Shown here piece by piece: positions 13,940 to 24,695 of a stretch of 64,000 nucleotides of DNA. The stretch is from positions 1,488,001 through 1,552,000 of the forward strand of contig JBHGNT010000008.1 of the NCBI GenBank assembly GCA_043228905.1, read 5' to 3'. The notes under the pieces were generated by a model. That model was not told the origin of the DNA. It worked only from the letters and a program-made list of their open reading frames with translations, and ran no database searches. The stretch comes from Azolla caroliniana. Lineage: Eukaryota; Plantae; Polypodiophyta. The position numbers and the translations under genes are program-made. Numbering within the stretch: the first letter of the stretch is position 1; each line of letters begins with the position of its first letter.

Positions 13940-14200
13940 CATATGTGTATGAGGTCAATACCTCATTTGACATATATTGAATATGTGACTAATGTCGTAT
14001 GCGCACGAGGTTAATACCTCAATTGCATATTACACTCACATATATATGTTACATATGCGTACGAGGTCAATACCTCGATTTCGTTGTAAATGATATGCGT
14101 TTGGTCTCGTATGCGTAAGATGTCAATACCTCAATTGCGTATCACGATGAACCCTTATTTTTGGATGTTTCGTGTGCGTAGAGGGTATATGCCTCGATTA
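13940..14200 (+). repeat. Array of five hairpin repeats (core GAGGTCAATACCTC) with dissimilar spacers
   Basis: Cores at 13951, 14007, 14063, 14119 and about 14182; period 56, 56, 56, ~63. Confidence 0.8.
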
Positions 14201-15367
14201 CGTATCTCGATTACATCATTTCTGGCTATTTGATGTAACGATTTTTTTAATGTACGCATATGAGGTCACGTGTATCCGTATTTGATCGTATATATGTGAT
14301 AAGTAAAGATATGTGTATATTTGATAATACGTGATTTCTATCAAATGTTGTCCTTGTCGGGAAAAGGATCTTGGTGGTCGTCCTCACATTTTTGTGAGGA
14401 TGGCGTTTTCACCATCCCTTTTTCAACAAGTTTTTGTTGACATCCTCGTTGGTCACTTCGATATTTCGTTACGTAATGAAACAATCATAGTCACAATGGT
14501 GTTGAGTACGTAGGGCTTAACTCACTTCATGTGAGGTCGCGCCTATGACACACATATCCAACATCCCTCCCTCATTACATGGATACGATGCCACCATGAG
14601 ATCATTCTTACGAAACACATTCATAATGACGTAACCATGTGATGGGCCTACTACGAAAAGAGGGCTCATTTGGCTTGACCATTAGGTTGCACTTTGGTGT
14701 ATGCCATCGTAATTACGAGACTTGAGGTTAGGTAACGTACCAACAAAGTTTGTGTTAAATGAGGGGGAAATAAGGACTCTTGACATATATCTTTTAAAAA
14801 AACATATATGGGAAAATGCCTTGCATATCTCTTATACGTATGAAACATTAAACGTTAAAAAAGAGCAACCTAATTGGTTAGCTTAAGTGTTTAATGTATT
14901 TGTTCTCGAGGTCTCGAGTTCAAATATAGCCAAGACCATACAACATTGTTGATATATATGACTATAACACATGTTTAGACTTGAGTTCTAAGTGCACTTT
15001 GGGGTCCTTGTAATAGGACTTAAAGAGCCAAAACCACATATGTGGGCATCGAACATAGTTTATTGTTAACATTTTTTTCGTGTATAAACTATTCATGACG
15101 CGAACATACATGGTTGAGCCTCGGGGAGCCGCCATGAAAAAAATCGAGATCAGAGAAAGACATTTATTTGTCACCCCCATGGTTTTTAAAACACTTTTCT
15201 GTTACCATAGTAACCCGATCTTGAACCTCATCTCATACGTCTAGAGGGGTATTGACGTGAGATCATGATATCGATTAATGTTTGCCCATGATATGTTTAC
15301 ATCATGACATGATGTTATGACTATTTGTCTGACCTTATCCTATTTCTTTGCTAGAAATAACCATTCA

Positions 15368-18300
15368 ATGGCTCAAAATAATGACCCGATGTCATCCGTT
15401 CAAGCGGAAGGAACTCAAGGAAATCCTCAAGGACAAATGTCCATTGAGATGTATTTTTCACAAATAACCCAATACCTTAGTTTCATCGCTCAACAGATGG
15501 CCGAACTTCGGCAATCTCAAAGTGCTCTCGAGGCACGTGTCATTAGTTTACAACGTGAGACTAATAGACCTAATGAACGACAGGGTGAACCATCGTTTGT
15601 CGTTAAGCCATTTATGGGAGAACAAAAGGAAAGAACCGAAGAAGCAATCTGCACGTGGCTGGGCCGATGGGAGTCTCATTTTGAGCTCTATCCCACGCCA
15701 AATAGTATGAAGATTGCATATGTCGGCTGAGAACTAGGGGGTAAGGCCGCCGCCTGGTGGCGTGGGCTCCGAACTTTGCGAAAATTGTCCGATACCTGGA
15801 CAAATTTTGTTACAGTTTTCAAGGGCCAATTTCTACAACCTCCCTCTCGAACCGAGGCAGCACATGCTTTAATGAACCTCTCTAGTAGGAAGTTTTCCTC
15901 GCTAGAAGACTATGTTCACCATGCTAGAACCCAAATAAAAAAATCGGGTCTAGAAGGGGACAACTAGTTAATAGCTTGTTTTGTCAATGGCATCCCCAAT
16001 TCGGACTATCACTGGATAGTGCACGATAAGGATCCAAAATCCTTCAAAGAGGCCGTTGAAATAGTTCTTCACTATCAACGCACTTTGAAGAAGGACCACA
16101 ACAAACCCAACGAAGCGCCCGGGATTAAGCAGTCGCAATTCGCTGGGAAACGCAAGACACCCAACGAATTCATGGATTGCGATTGTAAGCGACAACATCC
16201 TTTTTGCGTATTCTGCAAAAAGAAGGGTCATACAAAAGAACAATGTCGAAAGCTCCAACGGAAAGAGCACGACAACAAAGCAAAAGTTGCAGACCATAAA
16301 GGTCAAATTCCTAATGTCCTTCAGGTCTATACACATCATTTAAGTAATTGTCAATGTTCTTTCCCTCACTATGTATTGGGTCCCAATGATTTACTACGTG
16401 CAAACGGGTATATCAATGGATCTCCCGTACAATTTTTGTTTGATTCGGGAAGCTCACACAACTTTGTGAATGATCGTTTGGTTTAGATATGGGGAATCTA
16501 ACCCACCATAAGTGATCACACCTATACGATGCACTTGGTTGATGGAAGAGCACAATACATCAATAGGGCGATTCATTCATTAGGAATTTCTATTGATACT
16601 TATATAGAGGAAGTAGACTTCCATGTAATGAATCTTTGTACCACTGATGTAATACTAGATTATCCCTGGTTCTATAATAAAAACTCTTCTTTATCTATTG
16701 ATTGGGTTCATCATTCAATAACATTTGTACTGAACGATTGTACTCATTTTATTCAAAGTGTAAAAAAACAATCCCTCTCAATTGTTTCCTCTCCATCAAT
16801 ATCCGAGTTGTCTTGTTCAACTCTATTTTATTGTGTACTTGATCCAGACATTCACGTTTACAATATCGATAATGTATCGGTTCAATTAACATATTTTGAA
16901 CAACAACTTGATAAAATCTTAAATGATTTTCGTGATGTTTTTTCGAGTGAACTACTAGATGGGTTACCTCCTAAACGTAATATAGACCATTGTATAGATA
17001 TTGTACTTGGCGTTGCACCAATAAGTATACCTCCTTATCGCTTAAGTTGATCCGAAGAGGATGAGGTATCTAAGCAACTCAAGGACTATTTATGAATGGG
17101 TTATATACGTTATAGTAAATCTCCATGGGGTGCACCAGTTCTTTGGGTTAAAAAGAAAGAGGGCACATGGCGTATGTGTATTAATTACCGACGCTTGAAT
17201 AAAGTGACGATCAAGAATTCGTATCCATTGCCCCGGGCTGATGATCTAATTGACCGTTTCCAAGGAGCTCGGTATTTTACGAAACTTGATCTCCATACTG
17301 GCTACCATCAAATTCGTATAAGTGAGGACAATGTTCCTAAAATGGCATTTCGTACGCGCTATGGCCATTATGAGTTTTTGGTTATGCCTTTTGGTTTGAC
17401 CAATGCTTCGGCTACATTTTAACAAGAAATGAATGACATTTTCCGAGAACAACTTGGAAAATTTGTCGTTATTTTCTTGGATGATATTTTAGTTTATAGT
17501 CGTACATTACAAGAACATGCTAAACATGTCCGCTTTGTTTTACAAACATTGCGTGACAAACAATTTTATGCGAAGATCTCAAAATGTGAGTTCTTCAAGA
17601 AATCAATTACTTATCTTGGACATCTCATAACCGAACGAGGAGTTGAAATTGATCCTTCTCGCATTGAGAAAATCAAGCTTTGGCCCACTCTTCGGAATAT
17701 TCGAGAAGTTCGATCATTCCTTGGTTTTGTCGGGTTTTTGCGAAAATCCCTTCGTAATTACTCCCAATTGACAACGCCGTTTACCGATCTTCTAAAAGGT
17801 CAAACGCGTAAGTCTACAAAACCTATTGTCTGGAATGCTACACTAGACCTCTCCTTTAAACAACTAAAGGACTTGGTGTGCAAGGCTCCTTCACTTCTTT
17901 TACCTGATCCTTCAAAACCTTTTGAGGTTGAAACCGATGCAAGCGATTATGCTATAAGTGTTGTCTTATATCAAGATGGTAAACCAATAGCATTCGAGAG
18001 TAAGAAACTTGATTTTGCTCAATGTCGGTATACCGTTCAAGAAAAGGAGTTATTTGCAGTTATACATGCGCTCAAAACATGACACCATTATCTTTATGGC
18101 AATCGCTTTGTGGTAACTACGGACCACGAGTCCTTGAAATATTTTTGTGACCAACAAGACCTAAAAGGTCGTAAGGCACGATGGGTTGATCTCATCCAGG
18201 ACTTTGATTTTTCCATACGATATCGTAAAGGTTCCATGAACACTGTTGTTGATGCCCTAAGTCGCATCCGTGAAGTTAACATGCTTAGCTTCACTGAAAT

Positions 18301-19756
18301 AACATCAGATCTTTATGATCACCTTCGAGGAAAGTATCCTGATGACAACTATTTTGCAAAATATTGGGCAAGAGTTGAGTTTGGAATAGACACCACCACA
18401 TCCTCGAAGGAATACTTCCACATTGCTAACAATTTGCTCTACCGTAATGGGAAGGTTTGTGTTCCAGATTTGCCTGAGGTCAAAAAGAGAATTCTTTTTG
18501 AATGCCATGATGCACCCTCAGCAGGGCACCCTGGAATACATCGTACAGTCGTTCTAATCTCCACTCAATTCTATTGGCCTAAGATGCGCCCTGACATACA
18601 TAGTTATGTGACTAAATGTCACCAATGTCAGGTTAATAATGCCGAGCGACTTAAAGCCGTAGGACTTTTACATCCCTTGGACATTCCCAATAATAAATGG
18701 GAAAGTATATCCATGGATTTTATTGTTAACCTTCCTCACACCCAAAAAGGTCATGATGTCATATTGGTTGTGGTTGATAGATTAACAAAAATTGCCAGAT
18801 TTATTGCTACTAAAACCACGGTAATAGCTCCTAAATTGACTTACCAAATCGTTGACGAGTTATTTTGTTTTTATGGGTTACCGATGGATATTGTGAGTGA
18901 TCGAGATCCAAAGTTTACTAGTGACTTCTAGACGCAAGTCTTCAAGAAGTTAGAAACTACATTGAGCATGAGCTCCACGGATCATCCTCAATCCGATGGA
19001 CAGACAGAACGAGTAAATCAAATTATTGAGGACATGCTTCGAGCATACATTGGTGCAAAACCAACCAAATGGGAACGTTATCTCCCAAATTTGGAGTTTG
19101 CTTATAATAGCTCCAAGCATACGTCGAGGGGATATAGTCCTTTTATGTTGATGTATGGTTTTCAACCACGAGCCCTGATTGATGTTAATATACATCATGA
19201 TGAGTTGCGAAGTACGCAAAACTTTCTTCGGGATATGCAAGATATGTTGCATATTGCACGAGATAATATAAAAACAGCTCAAGATAGAGCGCGTTTTTAT
19301 GCCGATCATCATAGGCAACCTCATGTATTCAACCCTGGACAGACGGTATTTTTATGTGTACCTCACAATTCTAAGACATTGTCTAAGGGTAAGTGCGCTA
19401 AGTTAGCCCCACGGTTTTGTGGACCTTTTACAGTTCTCAAACGCATTGGGTCATCAACCTATCGTCTCGCTCTTCCCGATGGTGTTGAAATTCATCCAGT
19501 TTTTCATGTGAGTCGTCTAAAAGAACTTCTAGGTTCTGGCGACAATACAGTTACAATTGAAACTCTGGTTACTTCTGAAGAATTATCTTCTAAACCACAT
19601 GTACCAGAAAGAATTCTCGATGTTAAAGCAAAACAATTGCGTACTAAAGAAATCCGAGAATTTAAAATAAAATGGATGGATAAATCAATAAAAGATGCCA
19701 CATGGGAACGCGAAAATTCTCTCAGAACTAACTTCCCTAACTTTCCATTGCAATAG
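15368..19756 (+). pseudogene. gag-pol (gag CCHC, protease, RT, RNase H, integrase, chromodomain) with several stops
   Basis: CVFCKKKGHTKEQC; LFDSGSSHNF; FLDDILVYS; VETDASDY; HDAPSAGH..CHQC; GPF motif; PERILD..FKIKW..DATWE. Confidence 0.92.
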
Positions 19757-19781
19757 TGCAGTGTTTTAAAGAGGGGGAGTA

Positions 19782-20232
19782 TGTTACGGGCATGACCATA
19801 TAATATCCCGTGGTGAGAATTTACCATAGTATTCTATACACGTGGATAAGTGTGAGGGTTAAACGAGAGTGTAAAGAAGGGGATGATTACTTTTATCGAG
19901 ATTGAGACAACCCATTAGGCCAAGTGTGAACTTGTCTGGGGGCCTTGGGTATCGCTATAAATAAGAGGCCTAACTACCCTCATTTCATCATCTTTTGACT
20001 ACGTCGAGCCTCTGTTCTTGTGGTGGGTCAACTCTTGTAGCAAGCACGCTAGCACCAGGTATGACTCGACGCCACGGCGGTGGTATGGGACGCCGATCGA
20101 GGCTCGAGTCCGTCTCGATCCCTTCGCTCGGGGGTGGTCGGGTGGATCGACACCCTTCTTTCTCTCTTTCCTCTCTCTCTAGATCTATCGTTTATCCTTG
20201 TCCTTTGCTTACATTAGTACATATCTCTAATA
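19782..20232 (+). repeat. 3' LTR
   Basis: Follows the PPT; repeat of 13235-13688. Confidence 0.95.
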
Positions 20233-20770
20233 ATAATGTTGCGGTTTCAAATCTCTTTTCCTAGTATATCTTTGGGACCCATAAGTTAGCACTTTCCACA
20301 AGTTGCATTGCCATGTCTACATATCAGATTGACGAACCCACCCACGTGTCTCGAAGGAGCATTTGAGGGGAGGGGGTTGGACAACAAAGTTTTCCGATCA
20401 AGTGTTTTCTTTTGTGTTTGGTTTCCAAATGAGCTTACCTTCTTAAGTTATTGGATGGGATCCTGGGCAAAACAATGTGGGTGTGGCATGGGACTTGGCC
20501 ATGATGGACGTCTCCCAGGACAATGTGACAACTATTAGGCTACCAACAATAACATTGCGGTTTCAAATCCTGCTAGCTAGCACTTACCACAAGTTGCATC
20601 GCCGTGTCTGCATATCAGATCGACGAACCAACACACGTGTTGAAGCAACGTTTGGACAACAAAGATTTTCGATCAAGTGTTTTCTTTTGTCCGGTTTCCA
20701 AATGAGAGTAGTACCTTGTTAAGTTATGGGCTGGGATCCCGGGCAGGACAATGTGGGCGTGGCATGGGAC
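20233..20770 (+). repeat. Diverged ~310-bp tandem duplication upstream of the helicase gene
   Basis: TTGCGGTTTCAAATC..CCACAAGTTGCAT..ATATCAGAT..TGTGGG(C/T)GTGGCATGGGAC is seen at about 20239-20495 and 20555-20770. Confidence 0.8.
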
Positions 20771-20987
20771 GCTGGCCGGCATCGGTTCTGTGGACATTGA
20801 CCGGCTCTTGTGGTCGTTTTGCTCTTGTGGACTTTAGGGGGGTAGGAGGGGAGATACATATCATGTATGTATTAAGAAGAAGAAATGGAGGGGTAGCCTG
20901 TCGGAATTTCAGGAAACCGCCTTCTGAGAACGGTAGGGGTAGCCTCGCGAAATAAAGGAAAAGTACGACTGAACAGAGAGTGCCGCC

Positions 20988-21010
20988 ATTAGGGTTTCCA
21001 TTAGGGTTTC
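20988..21010 (+). promoter_or_regulatory. Two telo-boxes (TAGGGTTT)
   Basis: ATTAGGGTTTCCATTAGGGTTTC about 60 bp upstream of the ATG; telo-boxes are typical of plant RNA-processing and translation genes. Confidence 0.65.
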
Positions 21011-21065
21011 GCATCCCTTCCTTTCGTGCCTGCACCGACGCTCTGTCGACGCGCAGGTCGCCGCC

Positions 21066-24000
21066 ATGGCCGACGACAAGAAGCTCCGCGAATGGATCTC
21101 TGACAACCTCTACTCCCTGCTCGGATACTCCCAGTCCCACCTCGTCTCCTTCATGCTCGGCATCGCCAGGAAAGCTTCTTCTCCCTCGCAGATTGTCTCC
21201 CACCTCCTCGACTACGGATTGCCTTCCTCCTCCGACACCCAGCGATTCGCAGATGACCTGTTCCGGAAGATTCCTCGGAAATCTTCTTCTGCACCGAACG
21301 TCTACAAACAGGCTGAACGAGATGCTGCGGAGCTCGTCAGGAAGCAGAAACAGTACCAGATTCTGGACGCAGATGATGATGAAGAAGAAGAAGAACAAGA
21401 AGAAGAAGAGAAAGATAATGATCAAATAGAAAAGGATGGCAGATTTCATGGAAGGCTTGCTTCCATTGAAACTCAGATCGCGAAGAAGTCTCAGAAACGT
21501 ATTCGAAAGCGAGCTCGAGATTTGGATATGGACGAAGATGAAGGGGACGGCGAACAGTTTCTCTTATCATCGCGAGGGAAGAAAGCTCAGAAATCCTCTG
21601 ATGAAGGAAGCAGTGATGAAGAAGCAGAGAGAGAGAGACAGAGAGTTGAAGATCAGAGAGAGAGAGAAGAGCTTGAAAAGAGACTGAGAGAGAAAGATGA
21701 AGCTTCGACGAAGAGAGTGATGGAACCTAAGATGAGCTTAAGGCAAGAAGAAGAAGCGAAACGAAGAGCTGAAGCTGAGGAGAGAAAGGATCTTCTTCCG
21801 ACATTAAGAGAGGTTAGTAGACAAGTCTATTTGAAATCTAGAGAGCAGAAAAAGCTTGATGAGCTAAAGGATGCTATTGAAGATGAACAATACCTCTTCG
21901 AAGGTGTGAACCTCACTGTGAAAGAGAAGGAAGAAATGAGATACAAGAGAACTGTTTATGAATTAGCTAAGCAAAGAGCAAAAGATATTGATAATATTGT
22001 GGAGTATAGGATGCCTGAGGCTTATGATAAGGAAGGAGGTGTGAAACAAGATCAGAGATTTGCTGTGGCGTTAGAGAGGTATAGAGATCCAGACGGTGAA
22101 GAAGAAAAACTTAATCCTTTTGCTGAGCAAGAAGCTTGGGAGGAGCATCAGATAGGAAAAGCATCGCTGAAGTTCGGTGCCTCAAACAAGAAAAAACAAC
22201 AGAGTGATTATGAATATGTATTCGAAGACCAGATAGAGTTTATTAAGGCCGACCTTCTGGAAGGACAGAGGTATGAAGAAGGTATGGACATGGAGGAAAA
22301 AGAAGAAGCAAAGGAAAAATCAGCAGCGAGGTCGGCGTTGATGCAATTACAAGAGGACAGGAAGCTTCTTCCTATATTCCCTTACAGAGAAGAGTTACTG
22401 AATGCCATTGAGAATCATCAGGTTCTTGTAATTGTTGGTGAAACAGGATCAGGAAAGACAACTCAAATCCCTCAGTATCTTCATGAGGCTGGGTACACTA
22501 AGAAAGGAAAGGTTGGTTGTACTCAACCGAGAAGAGTTGCAGCGATGAGTGTAGCGGCACGTGTTTCTCAGGAAATGGGAGTAAAGCTTGGTCACGAGGT
22601 AGGATATTCTATAAGGTTCGAGGATTGTACCTCTGAGAAGACGATCTTGAAGTATATGACTGATGGAATGCTTCTTCGGGAGTTCTTGGGCGAGCCAGAT
22701 CTGGCAAGTTATAGTGTTATGATGGTGGATGAAGCTCATGAAAGAACTCTTTCTACTGATGTTTTATTTGGTCTTGTCAAGGATATCACCCGTTTTCGCC
22801 CTGATATCAAGCTTCTTATATCAAGTGCTACTCTAGATGCGAACAAATTCTCTGATTATTTCGATAGCGCCCCCATTTTTAACATTCCTGGAAGGAGATA
22901 TCCTGTCGATATCATGTATACAAAAGCTCCAGAGGCAGATTACTTAGAAGCGGCCATAGTCACGGTCTTACAGATTCATGTTACACAACCACCGGGTGAT
23001 GTATTGGTGTTTTGCACTGGGCAAGAAGAAATAGAGGCTGCTGAGGAGATTCTAAAGCTCCGAACAAGAGGATTAGGGACAAAAATTGCTGAGATGATCA
23101 TATGCCCAATTTATGCAAATTTGCCATCAGACATGCAAGCTAAGATTTTTGAAGAAACTCCGGAGGGTGCACGGAAAGTAGTTCTTGCCACAAATATCGC
23201 CGAAACATCTCTCACTATTGATGGTATAAAGTATGTGATAGATCCAGGATTTTGTAAACAGAAGTCTTACAACCCGAGAACAGGTATGGAATCATTGATA
23301 GTAACTCCCATTTCAAAAGCCGCAGCTCAACAAAGAGCTGGTAGAGCTGGAAGGACATCACCTGGTAAGTGTTTCAGGTTGTATACTGCGTGGTCTTTTC
23401 AACATGAGATGGAGGATAACACTGTCCCTGAAATACAGAGGACAAACTTAGGAAACGTTGTGTTGATGCTCAAGAGCCTAGGCATCAACGACCTTGCTAA
23501 TTTCGATTTTCTGGATCCACCGCCTTCAGAAACATTGCTTCGGGCACTGGAACAATTGTATGCATTAGGTGCCCTTAATGATCGAGGGGAGCTAACAAAA
23601 CTGGGACGTCGAATGGCAGAGTTTCCTTTGGATCCCATGCTTTCTAAGATGATAGTTGCATCTGAAAAGTTCAAGTGTTCAGAAGAGATAGTGTCTATAT
23701 CTGCAATGCTCTCAGTTGGGAATTCCATCTTTTACCGCCCTAAGGATAAACAAGTACATGCAGATAACGCAAGAATGAATTTCCACACTGGTAATGTAGG
23801 TGATCAGATGGCTTTGCTTAAGGTATATGATACTTGGAAAGAGACAAACTACTCAACGCAATGGTGCTATGAGAACTATATCCAAGTAAGAAGCATGAAA
23901 CGCGCACGGGATATCAGGGATCAGCTAGCAGGGCTACTTGAACGAGTGGAAATCGAGCCTTCCAGTAGCCCCAATGATCTGGATGCGATCAAGAAGGCAA

Positions 24001-24302
24001 TAACATCTGGTTTCTTCTACCACACAGCAAAGCTACAGAATAATGGTTCATATCGCACTATAAAGAATCCTCAAACTGTGCATATCCACCCAAGCTCAGG
24101 TCTTTCTCAGGTGTTCCCACGCTGGATAGTGTATTTTGAGTTAGTGTACACGAGCAAAGAGTATATGCGTCAGGTTATTGAGATCAAGCCCGATTGGCTA
24201 GTGGAAATAGCTCCACATTATTACAAATTACAAGATGTCGAGGATAGTGGATCTCAGAAATTGCCTAAAGGAAAAGGGAGGTCCCAAATGGATGGCTCGT
24301 GA
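21066..24302 (+). CDS. DHX16: Pre-mRNA splicing DEAH-box RNA helicase (PRP2/DHX16, ESP3/DEAH1-like), intronless, 1078 aa
   Basis: PWI-like N-terminus, [42 protein letters not shown]2 and OB-fold C-terminus ([16 protein letters not shown]). Confidence 0.95.
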   Translation: MADDKKLREWISDNLYSLLGYSQSHLVSFMLGIARKASSPSQIVSHLLDYGLPSSSDTQRFADDLFRKIPRKSSSAPNVYKQAERDAAELVRKQKQYQILDADDDEEEEEQEEEEKDNDQIEKDGRFHGRLASIETQIAKKSQKRIRKRARDLDMDEDEGDGEQFLLSSRGKKAQKSSDEGSSDEEAERERQRVEDQREREELEKRLREKDEASTKRVMEPKMSLRQEEEAKRRAEAEERKDLLPTLREVSRQVYLKSREQKKLDELKDAIEDEQYLFEGVNLTVKEKEEMRYKRTVYELAKQRAKDIDNIVEYRMPEAYDKEGGVKQDQRFAVALERYRDPDGEEEKLNPFAEQEAWEEHQIGKASLKFGASNKKKQQSDYEYVFEDQIEFIKADLLEGQRYEEGMDMEEKEEAKEKSAARSALMQLQEDRKLLPIFPYREELLNAIENHQVLVIVGETGSGKTTQIPQYLHEAGYTKKGKVGCTQPRRVAAMSVAARVSQEMGVKLGHEVGYSIRFEDCTSEKTILKYMTDGMLLREFLGEPDLASYSVMMVDEAHERTLSTDVLFGLVKDITRFRPDIKLLISSATLDANKFSDYFDSAPIFNIPGRRYPVDIMYTKAPEADYLEAAIVTVLQIHVTQPPGDVLVFCTGQEEIEAAEEILKLRTRGLGTKIAEMIICPIYANLPSDMQAKIFEETPEGARKVVLATNIAETSLTIDGIKYVIDPGFCKQKSYNPRTGMESLIVTPISKAAAQQRAGRAGRTSPGKCFRLYTAWSFQHEMEDNTVPEIQRTNLGNVVLMLKSLGINDLANFDFLDPPPSETLLRALEQLYALGALNDRGELTKLGRRMAEFPLDPMLSKMIVASEKFKCSEEIVSISAMLSVGNSIFYRPKDKQVHADNARMNFHTGNVGDQMALLKVYDTWKETNYSTQWCYENYIQVRSMKRARDIRDQLAGLLERVEIEPSSSPNDLDAIKKAITSGFFYHTAKLQNNGSYRTIKNPQTVHIHPSSGLSQVFPRWIVYFELVYTSKEYMRQVIEIKPDWLVEIAPHYYKLQDVEDSGSQKLPKGKGRSQMDGS

Positions 24303-24695
24303 CTAAAATATTGTTTCTCCCTGGTTGTCAATACTTGGTAGGATGCATAAATTGAGTATTTTACACTACCAATGAGTATATGATTCAGGTTATTGAGATC
24401 AAGCTAATGGAAATAAGTCCCTCCACATTACTACAAATTGCAAGTTGTGGAAGGTGGTCGATCTCAGAGGCCAAAGGAAAGAGGTCTTAACTGGGTGGTC
24501 TGTGACAAAAAGTTTGTCTCTCCTGGGTTGCCAATATTTTATAGGATGCATGGATTGAGCGGCAGTCAAAACCAAACTCAAAATCAATGTTTAGAGGATT
24601 GTCGATCTCAAAAATTACCTAAAGGCAAAGAGAGGTCCTAATTGGGTGGTCCATGACGAAAATGTTGTTTCTTCCCAGTTGCCAATACTTTGTAG
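24159..24695 (+). repeat. Tandem degenerate copies of the helicase C-terminus and 3' UTR start
   Basis: 24374-24551 and 24585-24695 repeat motifs of 24159-24349 (CAGGTTATTGAGATCAAG, GATCTCA..CCTAAAGG, CAATACTT..TAGGATGCAT). Confidence 0.8.

Larger units (their letters stand above)
13235..20232 (+). mobile_element. Full-length degenerate Ty3/gypsy chromovirus
   Basis: LTRs 13235-13688 and 19782-20232; TSD ATAAC/ATAAT; PBS TGGTATTCGAGC at 13691 (tRNA-iMet-like); PPT AAAGAGGGGGAG at 19768-19779. Confidence 0.95.

Noticed and set aside
13940-14200. True CRISPR array
   Set aside because: Eukaryotic retrotransposon leader, degenerate repeats and no cas genes; kept only as a hairpin array.
14879-14930. 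Further tRNA-like head (TAGCTTAAGTG...GAGTTCAAAT) in the chromovirus leader
   Set aside because: Boxes are degenerate, the spacing is shorter and the orientation is sense; too weak to count.
20724-21449. Antisense or overlapping ORFs on the helicase and on GC-rich copia regions
   Set aside because: Shadow frames of real coding sequence with no domain signature.
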